Part shown: in pieces, positions 21,488-34,100 of the stretch
Numbering within the stretch: position 1 is the first letter of the stretch
How the letters are laid out: the number at the start of each line of letters is the position of its first letter
Source: Protoeuglena noctilucae
Taxonomy: Eukaryota
Assembly: GCA_958009085.1 (NCBI GenBank)
Contig: OY253672.1
Location: 1,054,001 to 1,118,000, forward strand
Length of the DNA stretch: 64,000 bases
Direction: 5' to 3'
Translations under genes and position numbers: made by a program
Notes under the pieces: generated by a model
What the model saw: only the letters and a program-made list of their open reading frames with translations
What the model was told of the DNA's origin: nothing
Databases searched by the model: none

Positions 21488-24400
21488 TGCCCCGCGAGGG
21501 ACCCTTGCCGAGCTGGCACGCCTACCCTGGACGATCCCAGCTCCCAGGTCTACATTTGACTTTCTGTGCGCTGGTGCATGTGTCGCTAAGCGGAAATCCT
21601 ACAAGACTCGCGCTCGCAGGGCAACAACAAAGGAAGATGCGCTGGCGACCCACGCCCACGGGCGCGCGGAGGGCCGCAATTCCGGAAAGTCACTGATCCG
21701 TGACGAATTAGCCGGTGCGGGCGGGGTCGACGAGCTGAAGCGGCGGATCCTGCTGTGGATGGATGCGGCGGACGCAGATCCCTCGGCGCCCCATGCCCTG
21801 ACCCCTCCCGGAGAGGCCGTCCCGCCGAGACTGGCACACGGCTCGTCCCCTACGCCTCGTCGCGGCTCGTTGCGGGCGGTGCGAGAGGAGATGAAGTCGT
21901 ACACGGGGTCCCCGTCCAACGGGCTGAGCCGCGCCGGGTTTGCCGAGTCGCCCTTCAGCCGCCGGCGGGCGTCGCCGAACGCCGGGCGCTCCGACCTGGC
22001 CGGGCGGTCGGTCTCTGCCGGCCGCATGGGCCACGGCCCTCCAGGTCCCTCCCCACCTGTGCGGGAGCGCGAGACAGACCCCGCGGCCATGACCCGCGAG
22101 GGCCTCTTCGGCGTCAACGAGGCGGCCGTCCTCCGCACGCAGCGCAGCGGGCGCGTGGGCAGTCCCAGGTCCGCGCTCGCAGCTGCTCTCCCCGCCAGCC
22201 GCATCTCATGCCCTCCACGGCATGTGGCCCAACCCCCGCCCCTCCTTCGTCCCCGCAGCAGTCCTACCTGCTCCCCGCGGTGGGCCTCCCGCGCCAAAGC
22301 GCAACACGCGAGCGCGGCGGACCTCGGGCAGGCATGGAAGGGCGCCGACGACCTGGGTGCGCTGCAGGCTGACCCAGAGGCCGACGCTCTGGTGACCCGC
22401 GTGGTGCAGGGCGCGGGAGTCGCGGCCGGGGCCGCCGTGCGCGGCTCCTCGCTCGACGTCCCCGGGGCAGCGAGGCCCGGCGAGGGCCACGGGGGTGACC
22501 GGGAGAGGGAAAAGGACCGGCTGCCGGCGCCGCTGCGGCCGCTGGGGTCCATGCGCAAAAGCGGGGTCATCTCCTCCGTCCGCGAGTCCTACCACAACTC
22601 GCCGAGCCCCGCGGACGCCTTTGAGGGCCTGCACGCGGTGTTTGCAGCAGGAGCGGAGGGGCCGGAGGGCGCGCCGGGGCCGCGGGGGGCTGGGAAGGAC
22701 GCGGCGGGGGTGGCGAGGGACGTGGCGGTGGTGGCGGATGGCGCGTTGGCGCCGAACGGCAGGGGTAGCGCGCAGGGAGCGGCGGCGTGGGCGGGGGTCG
22801 GTGGAGGTCGGGACGACTTTGGGTCGAAGGTCTTCCGCGACCAGGGATACAGCAGAATCCACCGGTGAGTTTGCGCTTCGACCTGTTTTCGCCAGACCCA
22901 GTGGTGCAGGCAGGGACAACCTGGCATTGACGGTCGATTCGCCATCGCTCTTTCAGGTCCGCGAGCCGGTCCAAGCCGCAGCAGGTGGCGTCGCCCCGCG
23001 GCGCGTGGCACGTGCACGCAGCGGGAGGTGGGAACGCAGGGCCACGGCCCGTGGCTGTGGCGGAGGCACAGCGCAGCAGAAGCGTGGGGCCCCCGCTCCG
23101 GGCATCCCCCACCCGGGCCAGCAGCACCACGCAGCGGCGACTGCGACCGGCAAAGCCCGAAGCGTTGGACCTGCCGAGGTGCGTGGGGTGCGGTGGAGCG
23201 CGGCGGGCGGGCCGCCGACCCTCCATGGCACTCGGCCGGGATGGGATGTGCCATGGTGTCACTGTGGGCGCGGTTGCACTCCTCGTGTTCTTGCATACCC
23301 CGGGCGTCTCGTGTCGCTCATGTGGTCTCACATCATCTCGCCTCGTCGCAGGGCCCGTGTGTCGCTCTTGCAAGTGGCCGAGGCCACGGACCTGGCGCTG
23401 TTAGGGGCGGACGCAGGACAGGCGACCCAGGGGAGGGCGAAGGGGGTCGGGAGGGCGAAGGCGAGTCGCGAGCCCGACCGAGGGAAGGGCCAGGTGGCGA
23501 TGGGGCCCAAGGCGGGGTCGGCAGCCAAGGGTGGCGCAGGTGGCAGTAACACAGGTGGCGGGGTTGGGGCGGCCACTGCGGGTCTTGTTGGGGACGTGGC
23601 AGCGCCTGAAAACTGGCCCGCCATTCCGGGGCTCGAGACGGAGATGCCGAGCGTGGCGGGGACAAAGGGTGACGGGGCCCCGGGGGCGGTCGATGCGACC
23701 GTCGATGCGACACATGCAGCAGCCACGGTGGAAGGCCCTGCAGAGGAGGCAGACCCAGCAAACGAGGCGATCGAGGACCTGCCGGCGTCGCTGAGCGTGA
23801 TGTTGGGTGAGCTGAGGCGGCAGTTCGCTCGGGGAATCGATCCGGGTCTGCCGCAAGCTGCCGTTTGCGATGTCCATCGTCTGTGGCCCCTGACGCCTCC
23901 CCTCCCGGCCTGCCCCGGCGCAGAGGCCGCGCTGCACGAATGCCACGAGACGACGTTCGAGCTGGAGGGCCTGCTGATGTCGGCGCTGCGGGACGAGGGG
24001 ACGGGGGCAGGCGCGGATGAGACGCTGGGGCGGCTGACGCAGTGCCGGGAGGTGCTGGGCCGGGGCCAGGAGCTGCTGGCGGGGGCGCTGGAGGAATTTG
24101 AAGCAAAGGGCGGGGGCGAAGGCGGGGAGAAGGAAGGGGACCCGGTGAGGGGCGGCGGCAGTGTTGCGGGTGTGGTGGGTGACGCGTGGCATGCGTGGCT
24201 TTGTGACGACTTGCAAGCCGCCTCGCAGGCCCGCGCGAGGGGGTTGGCGGCGCTGCGCGAGGTGCGGCGGGACATGAAGCGCGTGCGTGGCATGCTGGGG
24301 GGCCTGATGGACTCTCAAGGGTCAGCGGTGGTGCTGAATGCGGACGGGCGCGTAGAGCCGGTGGCCCCGGACCAGGGGCAGCTGCCGATGGAGCTCGAGC

Positions 24401-25320
24401 CCGCGCACGCACGGGCGGCGGCCTTCCTCAAGTGAGCGGGGATGCATCGTGCCTGGTCGCGCCGGGACGAGTGCGGCGTGAGGGCCGATCGGCTGACTTG
24501 CGACCGACCCTGGCCGCCCCCGCAGGAAGGGGCAGGGGACCTCCCGCCGGTGGAGCCGCATCCGGTCGTTCGCAGATGGCCGCGGTTCGAATCGCACGAG
24601 CATCACGGAGGGGTCGGAGCCCAACGGTCCCGACAGCCGCGCTGCCGTGCCAACACGGCACACCCTCGGCGGAACGATGCGGTCCGAGGCTGAGACGTCG
24701 GGCCAGTGGCCGAGTCCGACGGGAGCGGGGTCCTCGCGCCCGCGCCGCTCGGCTGCGGGTGGCCGCCCCTCGGGCCGCGCCCTGAGCATCGTGGTACCTG
24801 AGTCGGAGCCGGGCGCACCCCGTGGGGTGGTGTACGGGCGGCCCCAGGATGAGTTCGACAACCCCGATGACCCCCTGCACCGGACGCTCTTCTCCTCCCA
24901 CGCCCTCGTCAGCCGCCCCGTCTTAGAGAGCCCCCGGTGAGTGTGTTTGCTCTCTTGCGTTGCAAGCCATGTCTGACGACCCCCTTCGCCGTCGTCCGCT
25001 GCAACCCGCCCCTGCATGCCACCGCCTGCACCCACCTGCGCACCCACCGCCCGCACCCACCCGTGCACCCTCGCAGCGACCACGGCCGCGAGGAGGACGT
25101 CGGGGCGCCCGGGGCCGGGCCCGAGTCGTCCTTCTGCCCCGACTTTGTCGCTGAGAGGCTCAAGGAACTCCGAGAGAAGCTGTCGGGAGGCAGCGACGGG
25201 GGCACAGCGGAGTCCTCGCCACGCAAGGATGGGGGCCAGGGCCTGCCCAACCCGCTGCGGGTGTTCGGGAGGGTGACGAGCATGCTATTGCGGAGAGGCC
25301 CGAGCTCCTCGGGTCGATAG
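21488..25320 (+). CDS. Hypothetical multi-exon protein, largely low-complexity with a helical C-terminal region; boundaries tentative
   Basis: Long ORF segments with plausible splice sites and coding-like codon use (DELKRRILLWMD, EAALHECHETTFELEGLL, LAALREVRRDMKRVRGML). No family recognised; it could be more than one gene. Confidence 0.5.
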
Positions 25321-25530
25321 CATCCCTTTTTGACGCGTGGGTGATGGGCGCTGGGTGGTCAGCACTGGAGGGACTTGAGACCCTCCACGTGCTGTTAGCA
25401 AAGCCGTCCACTCGTTTTTCCTCTTGGCGCTTTTGATGCCTGCGTTTCCCAATTTTTCAAACGCTCTGGCATCCTCATAGTCTTTGCTAGCTAGTCGCAC
25501 GGCCCAAGCAGCACCGTAGCCCTCTGCACA

Positions 25531-26624
25531 TCAATGTAGGAACTGCTGCCGGGGTACCTGTCGGAACACCGTGCAGCCCGTGAACTCGCACCGCTTCTCC
25601 CATTCCTCGCTGCCCACGTCTCGACCATCACCCCGCACTGCAACAACGTAATGAGAGTGACGTGCTGTGTGCGCAGTGCGGCGCATCAGCCCCGGCCTGT
25701 ACGCGCTGTCTCAGTCCCCGCCTCACCGTACAGCATCAACAGTTTTTTCCGCACCGCCCGCGCCACCCGCACGCGCGCATCCATGTCGTTCTGTGGATTG
25801 CCGCACGACACTGCCGACCCGTCCGACTCCTCCAGCAGCCGGCCCTCGGGCAGCGGCACCGTGTGGACCACAAACAGAGAATGACAGGCCTCCGGATGCT
25901 TCCTGGGGTGAGAGAGGCGGGCGCGATCTGCGCACCGCTGCGCGAAAGTCGCGTAAAGGCTCTACGCCCCGCTCCGCACCTGTATACCACCCAGTCGCCC
26001 CCGACGAGCGCCCCCGACCGCACGAGCCAGCCAAGGCCCCGAAGATGCATGAACGCTGCGAGGCGGTAGGCCCCCCGGAGGCCGCCGCGCGCGAGAAGGC
26101 GTCGTCTCAGCACGCGCCCTGCCTCGCGCCCCTCCGCACGCTCGTGGGTCGGCGAAGAGGCCCCTGTCCATGCAGATGAGCGGCGAATAGTTACGTGCTG
26201 TGAACGGGTGCCTGCATCGGCAGAAAATCCCCGAATCGCGACCCTCACCGCCATCCCGGTCACCGTCGGCGTGAAGCACTGCGAGGCACCCGACGCGCTC
26301 CGCCAAATACGTTGCCTCCTCGAGGCCCATGAGAACGGAGACAGGCGCATCGTTAGGAGACGCCTCCTGGCCCCCGGCGCTCGTGGCAGCCCGGAGTTCC
26401 AGTGGCGCCCCAAGGCATGCATGCCCGTGGTGCACCTCCCCGCCGCCGCTCGCGCAGCCTCTGTCCCATCGGCTGTCCAGAGTCCCGAATCCGGCGTCGT
26501 CGAGCAACTTGCGCTGCCGCGGGTCGCAGGCGAGCAAGAGACGGCCGCCCTCCTGCAAGGAGAGTGGGGGCAAGCCGCACACGTCGCGCTTGCTGGAGAT
26601 GGAGAGGCCCAACTCTCTAGCCAT
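25531..26624 (-). CDS. SEN2: tRNA-splicing endonuclease catalytic subunit, Sen2-like
   Basis: LEEATYL, HLRGLGWLVRSG...DWVVY|RKHPEACHS and RVARAVRKKLLMLY supply candidate Tyr/His/Lys triad residues. Stop TGA at 25531-25533. Confidence 0.85.
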
Positions 26625-26984
26625 GTACAGACGCGGTCCAACAATAACTCACCAACACGCAAACGAGCTTCTCGTTGTGCAATCGCTGCTCCGCCGCGAC
26701 GACCGTGCCCCGCGCACGGCCCGAGGTCCTGACGCGCTTGCTGTCCTCTTCCATTGCTGCTTACGGTCTTCCCATCATCTGCCCAATGCTGCTTCTTCAA
26801 ATGAATCGCGGACGATGGAAGCGGGCGAAATGGAGGCAACCTCAAGCCGCTGGCACCCAATCGTCTTGCGTACTCCTGACAGCTGACTCGCCCCCGATGG
26901 CCAATGCCTGCCGCCATCGGCGGTGCTGTATAATCACAAACGAGCGATTGTGTGCATCCCTGTACTCTACTCGCCCCCTGAGAC

Positions 26985-28015
26985 ATGGAGCGAGGAGTGC
27001 GGCCAATGCAATGCGCGTGCCAATCGCCGTCGCGTCGGCTCGTCCTCTGGTCCTCCGGCGCCCTGTGGATCGGTGGATTTGCATCATCGCGCCCGGCAGC
27101 GGCCACCCCGGGCCCCAAGTGCCCGGGAAAGTCGGGCTACGAGCTGCGCAAGTGCCTGAAAGAGCTGCGGGAGGCCGAGGGGCTCGGGGATGCGAGGGAC
27201 GAGATGCTAGAAGTGCGGCAGTACGAGCAGCCTGGAACGCTCGTCACGCTGCCGAGCGGTGTGCAGTATCGCGAGTTGCTGGAGGGCACGGGGCAGGCGG
27301 CGGAGGTGACCGACAAAAGGGTGGCCCGACAGCCACATCCGCGGCTCCACTCAGCCTGATGCCCCGTCTCATGCCATGTACTGGGCTCAGTCTCTCATGC
27401 CATGTGCTGGGCCCACTCCCGCTCCCTCACCTGCGCCTGCAGGTGGGCCGGGTGTGCGACATCCTGTACACCGTCTACCGCCTGTCGAGCGGGGGCTACT
27501 ATCGATACAGCGGAGGGGGCACGCCTGTCCTCCTGTATGGGCTCGGTTACGGTTATGAGGGGGCAGACGACGTGGGTAGCACATACCGTTTCACCCTGGG
27601 CGACCGGTCTGCGATGCCCGTGGCAGGGACGCTGGGGATGGTGGGGATGAGGGAAGGGGGCCGGCGGCGCATCTTGGTGCCCCCGCAGCTGGGGTGGGGC
27701 TCCGAGGAGAAAATTGGGCCGCTGCCACGGTCGTTCGGGGGGCGGAGGCGGCTGGCAAACCACAACGAGGACCCCTTGCTGCTGGAGGTGGAGGTGCGTG
27801 AGCAAGCCGTGCTGTCAATGCAGCGCTGGGTATGCATTTGTGAGAACTGGCAACACCTTGCTGGTTGCGGGCGACGGGCCGCGACGTCTCGCCCGCAGCT
27901 GCGTCGGGTGGGCGAGGCCACGGAAGGGCAGTTCGTAGCAGCCCCTGAGGTGGTGCTCGACCCGTTCAAGCTGCCTGCGCCTCCGTCGCCCTACAAGCGA
28001 CTCCTGGGAGACTGA
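26985..28015 (+). CDS. FKBP-type peptidyl-prolyl isomerase, probably thylakoid lumen; true start may lie upstream
   Basis: TLPSGVQYRELLEGTG, GMREGGRRRILVPPQLGW and PLLLEVE|L. A twin-arginine signal-like segment SRRLVLWSSGALWIGGFASSRPAAA is present. Confidence 0.85.
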
Positions 28016-28127
28016 AAATGCCTGAACTCGGCTAAACTAGGCTAGACTCCGACCCTACTTGAAGCGCGTCTGCAAGTAACCACGCTGTTACTTGCCACGC
28101 CTGCGAACCCCGCGACACAGCGTTCAC

Positions 28128-31100
28128 CTACCCGCCCACGCTGGGCCGCCCCTCCGCCGTGCTGGCGCCGCTGCTGTCCCCCTGCCCCTCGTCCGCCTGA
28201 GCTTCGGCCCCGCCCTCCTCGCCAAACATCCCCAGGTACAGAGAGTCCATCACAGATGCATCCGCGACCCCCGCCTTCACCGCAGCCTCCGCTGCGGCCC
28301 TGCGCATGGCCCCCGAGGCACCCCGGGACGTGCTGTCGATCAGAGCTCCGAAAGACGAGCCAGGCCGCTGCAGGAGCGTGTGGGGGTGGTCGAACTCCTT
28401 CAGGTTTCCATGGTCCAAAAGGAGAATCTTGTCGGAGTCGATGATGGTGTGCAGGCGGTGCGCGATGGTCAGGACCGTACAGTCCGCGAAAGCAGTGCTG
28501 CGAAGAAGGGGCGGCGAGTGTGGTCGGCGGGTGGGTGGGGGGCAGGATGCGGCGGTGCAGCAGCGGCAGTGAGGGCGGGTCATGGCATGTCTCTCTTATA
28601 CTGCATCCCTTGGCAGCAATCTAGTGAAGGCATCTCGTGGTGCAGTGCTTGAGGCATCTCAAGCCACACGCTGTTACGGGTCTCTCATACCATGTAATAT
28701 GCTCACCGGATGGTCTGCTGGATGACGGTGTCGGTGTTGCTGTCGACGCTCGACGTCGCCTCGTCCAGCAGCAGCACCCGGGAGTTGCGGAGGAGGGCGC
28801 GCGCCGTGCACAGCAGCTGCCGCTGCCCCACTGAGAGGTTGCCCCCAGCCTCGGCGATGCCCGCGTCCAGGCCCCCCGCCTCCTCCACCGCCCTGCGCAG
28901 GTGCACGCGGTCCAGGGACTGCAGAGGGAGACGCAGGCAGCAAGGGTGATGAGAATGCAAGGAAGCGAGGGCGAGGGGTGGGGCAATGGGGCACGTGGCA
29001 CGGCGAGCAGTGTGGGCGAGCAGTGAGGATGATGACTCTGTCGCGTCCAAAACAAGCAAGGTTCTGCCATGAGCCTTCTTTGTCGCACACAAAGCATGCC
29101 ATGCGATGTGCCCGTGTCGCACCTCCCAGATGCGTGCGTCATCTCCCACGACGTTGAAGGGGTCCAGGTTGCTGCGGATGGTCCCGGAGAAGATGACGGG
29201 GTCCTGGGGGACCTGCGGGTGCGTGGATGGTGAGGCGGATGTGAGGGCCGCTGTGTGCATGGGTGGCAAGCTGACGTGGGGTTGATGAAGAATAGGGTTG
29301 ATGGGCTCCGATGGTGGAGCACAAGTAGAGCTCGCAGTGCGCACAGGTGGCCAGACAGAGATGTTAGGGTAGCAGCGGTAGGCCATTCCATTACAACCAA
29401 TCGCTCCTTGGCAATCTCTGGCAACCAAGCGAGCGTGGGTCCTCTCCTCACCAGTGCCAGCTTGGACCTCAGGTCGAAGAGTCCGATGTGGGAGGTGTTG
29501 ATGCCATCGATGGCCACGTAACCGCCCGCCGGCTCCACGATCCGATACAGTGCCAACATGAGCGTGCTCTTGCCACACCCGGTGCGACCGCACACCCCGA
29601 CCTTCTCACGGGCCTCCACGGTGACTGCGGGAATAGTGCAGGAACAATATCAGGCCCAACAGCACACCCACAATTGCACCCGCACCCACACCCACACCCA
29701 CACCCACACCCACACCACAGACCCTCCCTCACCCGAGATGCCCTTGAGCACGAGGTCCAGCTCCGCCCGGTACCGCACTTGCAGGTCTTTAATCTCCACG
29801 CTGCCTTGCGCGGGCCACTCCGGGGGCGGGCGCTTGTCGTCAATGACTTCGGCGGCCTCGGTGGGCAGGGAGCGGTACTCTGTGATGCGCTCGACGGCGT
29901 TCATCGCCACCTCTAGCTCCGACACCTGTGTGGGGAGGGACGTGGGGTGGGGAGGTGTGGGTTGGTGAGACATTGGCGGGTGAGAGAGACGGGGTGGCTT
30001 GTGCAGGGTGGGCGGCCAGAAAACGGCGAGACATTTGGGCGGGTGAGGCAGGTGGGGCGACTGTTTCGTAGTGTGTGGGGTGGGCGGACAGAGACACAGG
30101 CGAGGTGAGAGAAATGTGAGCTGGTTTGCTGTTAAGCAGCTAGGTGGAGCTACCCAACAGCCACTACCACTTGTCCGGCCCGCTTGTCGCTAGCTAGTTT
30201 CGTCGTCACCTGTCGCACGAGCCAGTTCATGACGCCCGTGATGCTCATGGCGGAGGAGATGACCAGGCCGGCGAAACCGGAGTTGGAGCTCGTGATGACG
30301 GTCACGGCCAGCGCCGCCACCGTCGTCACCAAGTTGCCCTGGGGAGCGGAGCGAGGGGAGGTGCTCAGACGCACGCACGCGTCTGCTGGCTTGTCGACGC
30401 AGTGGGCCACTCATGCACGCGTCTGCTGGCCCATGCACAGTAGGCAACTAGTTCTACTGAGCACTGAGCTGAGCCTACGTCACAGCTGCGTCTGCATCCC
30501 ACGTCGCCCACCAAGCGAGCGCCTGCATGTTGCGCAATGCGTCTCGTCATCGCCGCCCACCCACCTGGGACTCGAGTCTCATGCTGAGCCACCGGTTAGT
30601 GGTCATTTGGGGCCAGAAGGCGCGGTTGGAGCGGTTGAGGAGCTCGATGTTGCGCGCGGTGAGGGGCTCCTGCTTCCGGAAGGCGCGGACGGTGGGCAGC
30701 CCCGCGACCATCTCTGAGAAACCGCTGAAGATGGGCGAGAGGTTGACCGAGTCGAGGCGCTTCAGCTCCCTCGACGTGGAGACGTAGATGCGCTGGGTGC
30801 GCCAGTAGATGACCCCGACGAAGAGGATGGCCACGGCGATGCCTGGGGTGACGATGACCATGAGCGCCACGGCAGACACCACGCTGATGAGCGTCGTGAG
30901 GGTGGAGGACACGATCTGAGACAGGTTGGTGTCGATGGCGTCCAGGTCGGAGGTGAAGCGGTTGAGGAGGCGGCCGAGGGGCTGGGAGTCGAAGAAACTC
31001 ATGGGCAGGCGCACCACGTGCTGGAGCAGGCTCAGGCAGAGGTTGCGGGAGGCGTTGTTGGACCCGACCACGATGAGGGCGGACCGCGCGGCCGTCAGCA

Positions 31101-34100
31101 CCACGCTGCCCAGGCCCAGGCCGGCGTAGACGCCCATGTAGTACTGAAAGGGAGCGAGGGGGGGCGGGGTCGCGTGTGGGGTGTTGGGGAGACCAAAGCC
31201 ATGTTCATATTCATGTTGGATAGGAACGAATTGATAATAGCTGTAACTGATACTAACTGTGTGTTTGCATCTTACACCCACAATCTCATGTGGGTGCTGT
31301 GCTCACCCACACGTCGATGTGCTTCCCCGCCGCCTCTGCGTTGCTCCAGATTGCGAGCCAGAACTGCTGGGCTGCCTGCAGGCCACGGTCTCCCAGGGCC
31401 AGCACCAGCGCACCGACGGGGATGAGGAACTGCGAGGGCAGGGGGGTCCAGGGGATGGCGAGCGAGCGGTGATGAGAGCGGCGCGAGCGTCCCATCTCAG
31501 CTTGTCACCCGACCCAACGTCACTGTCGCCATCCATGCGTCCCTGTCTCATCGTCAAGCCCACGCATCTTGACACCCTCACCCCTCCCCACCCTCTGCAC
31601 CCCTCCCACACCCCCACCGCTCCTCACTGCACCCCTCCCACGGCACCCAACCCCACGCCCCCACCCCCTCACCAGCGGCCCCCACGAGAGGAAGTATGCC
31701 GAGTAGACCTTCTTATCCACCGACCCCGTGGCTCGGTTCTCCGGTCGCGTCAGGTTGCCCCGGTCCGCGCCCCCCGTCTTGGCCAGCGTGCGACTGCGCT
31801 CCGCCCACGCGGCCTTCTCCCCCTTCCCGTCCCCCTTGCCCTCTCCCTTCCCGTCCGCACCCTTCTCGTCTTTCTTGTCCTCCTTCTTGTCCGCCATCTG
31901 GTACTGCGATGGCGAGCCACTCACGGGAACGTCAAACAACGGTGCTTTGCCCAAATCTCTGACTGCTGCTCATGGGTAGGGTTTATCAGGGAATCGGGCC
32001 GTAGCAGACGCCAACCACCGTTAACGCCTTGGTTCACGCACGGCCACACAAGCATGGTCACACACAAGCACAGTAACACCCAAGCATTGCCACCCAGACA
32101 TATGGTCACACACAGCCACCGTCACACATGTGCCCCCTCCACCCTTTCCCGCCTCTCCTCGCCTTGGTGAAGGACACCCCCTGCGCCTGCAGCTCCGCGA
32201 AGGTTCCCCAGTGCGCCACGCGCCCCCGCTCCATCACCACGATGCGGTCGGCCTGGGCCAGGAACTGCAGCTGGTGGGTCACCAGCACGCGCGTCTTGCC
32301 GCCCAGCTGCCCCGCGATGCACTGCGAGAAGAGGTGCTGCCCCACGTGCGCGTCCACGGCGCTCAAAGGGTCGTCAAGCAAGTAGATGTCGGCGTCGGCG
32401 TAAGTGGCCCGTGCCAGCGCCACGCGCTGCTTCTGGCCCCCGGAAAGGTTCACGCCCTTCTCGCCGATCTCCGTCTGGTCCGCCGCCGGCAGCTGGTCCA
32501 GGTCGGCGTCCAATGCGCAGACGGACACCACGCGGTTGTACCGGTCCTCGTCCATGGGGAGGCCCATCTGGGGGAGGTGAGGGGGGTAAAGGGGTCGCTG
32601 AGTGATGGGGGCGACTGCGGGAGTCAGGGACAAGAGGATCACTGATTGATGAAAGACGGATGGGAATTGAGAAGACGGTCTATGCACAGCCTCGTCACCG
32701 TGTGCTGTCAGACAAGATCCCATGCAAGCACAACACGTGATGGGTGTCACTGAGATGTCATCATGCACACGCGAACCGTGCCGCGTCTCACCAGGATGTT
32801 GTCTTGCAGCGTCGCGTTCTGGATCCACGTGTCCTGGCTCGTGTAGGCGATGGACCCAGCCATGAGCACCTCCCCTCCCTTCTGCGCCATCTCCCGCAGC
32901 AGCCCCATCAGCAGCGACGTCTTGCCGGACCCCACCTCCCCAATCACCATCAGCAGCTCGCCCCTCTGGATCTCCAAGTTCACGTGCTCCAGTTTGAATC
33001 CCTCCACCGGCTGCCCGTTGCTGCTGGAGCCGTTGCCGGACACCAGGCTCGCCATCTCCTTGCCCTGCAGGGAAACAACAGAGGATCGATTGCTAGCAAT
33101 AACAACATCTAAGTGGCAGTCACTTTGCCAGGACTTGTGGCTTCGACAGCCACGGGCGCCCACCTCTGTGAGCAAGCACAGCGTGTCTGCCCCGACAGTC
33201 GCCCCCACTTCCTGCCACACTCACCCCTTCCCCTCATCTCCCACTTCCCATCCCCGCGCTCACCCCCTTGCCCTTCCCCTTGGCCTGCTCCGGTGCGGCG
33301 GGCTTGGGCGGCGGCGTGGACCATTGAAAGGTCGCATCCTTAATGGCCACGACCACCCCCGGGGGCAGCCGCGAGGCGTCGTTGGGGATGGCGGCGGCCT
33401 CCTCCGAGTCGAAGAAGTCTTGGAGGCGCTTGAGGGAGACGTGGGCGTTGACGCACTGGTTGACGATCATGGGGAGCATCATGATGGGAAAACGCAGGAG
33501 GTTGAAGAGGGCCAGGGCCGGGAAGGCCACGGACGCTGGGGGAGGGAAGGGGTCAGGGGTGCTAAGAAGGTTTGTGTGAAGATGGTCAGCAGATACATGG
33601 GAAGGGGTGGCGGAGTGAGGGAGCGCGGACGTCAAGTGGTGTAGGAGCGTCAAGGTGCAGGCGGCGGTTTGCATGGCTGCCTGGCACGGCCAGCTCATGC
33701 CTCATCGCGCTCTCCCTGCCACGTCACATGCACCCTCACCGGTGAGTTGGTTGCCCATGCCGACGAAGGTGATGAAGGCGGTGAGGGAGACGAGGACGGG
33801 CGAGGAGAGGAAGATGACGATGTTGATCAGGCCAAGGAAGCCCGTGCGGCGGATGTACCGGAGCTCCTCCTCGCGAAGATCCTCGACACTGGCGGGGGCG
33901 TAGAGAAGGGGCGTGCGTCGGCATGCGCGTGTGTTGGGATGCGCTGGGCGGGTGGCATCGACAGCGCCAGTCGTCTGGCAGCAGGTGGTGACTCCTCGTC
34001 TGCTCCGTGTGCTTCCACAGAGCACCCAGAGAGCAACCATAACTCACCGCTTGAGGTACGGCTTCTCCCAGGCGTAGAGCTTGATGGCCTTGATGCCTTG

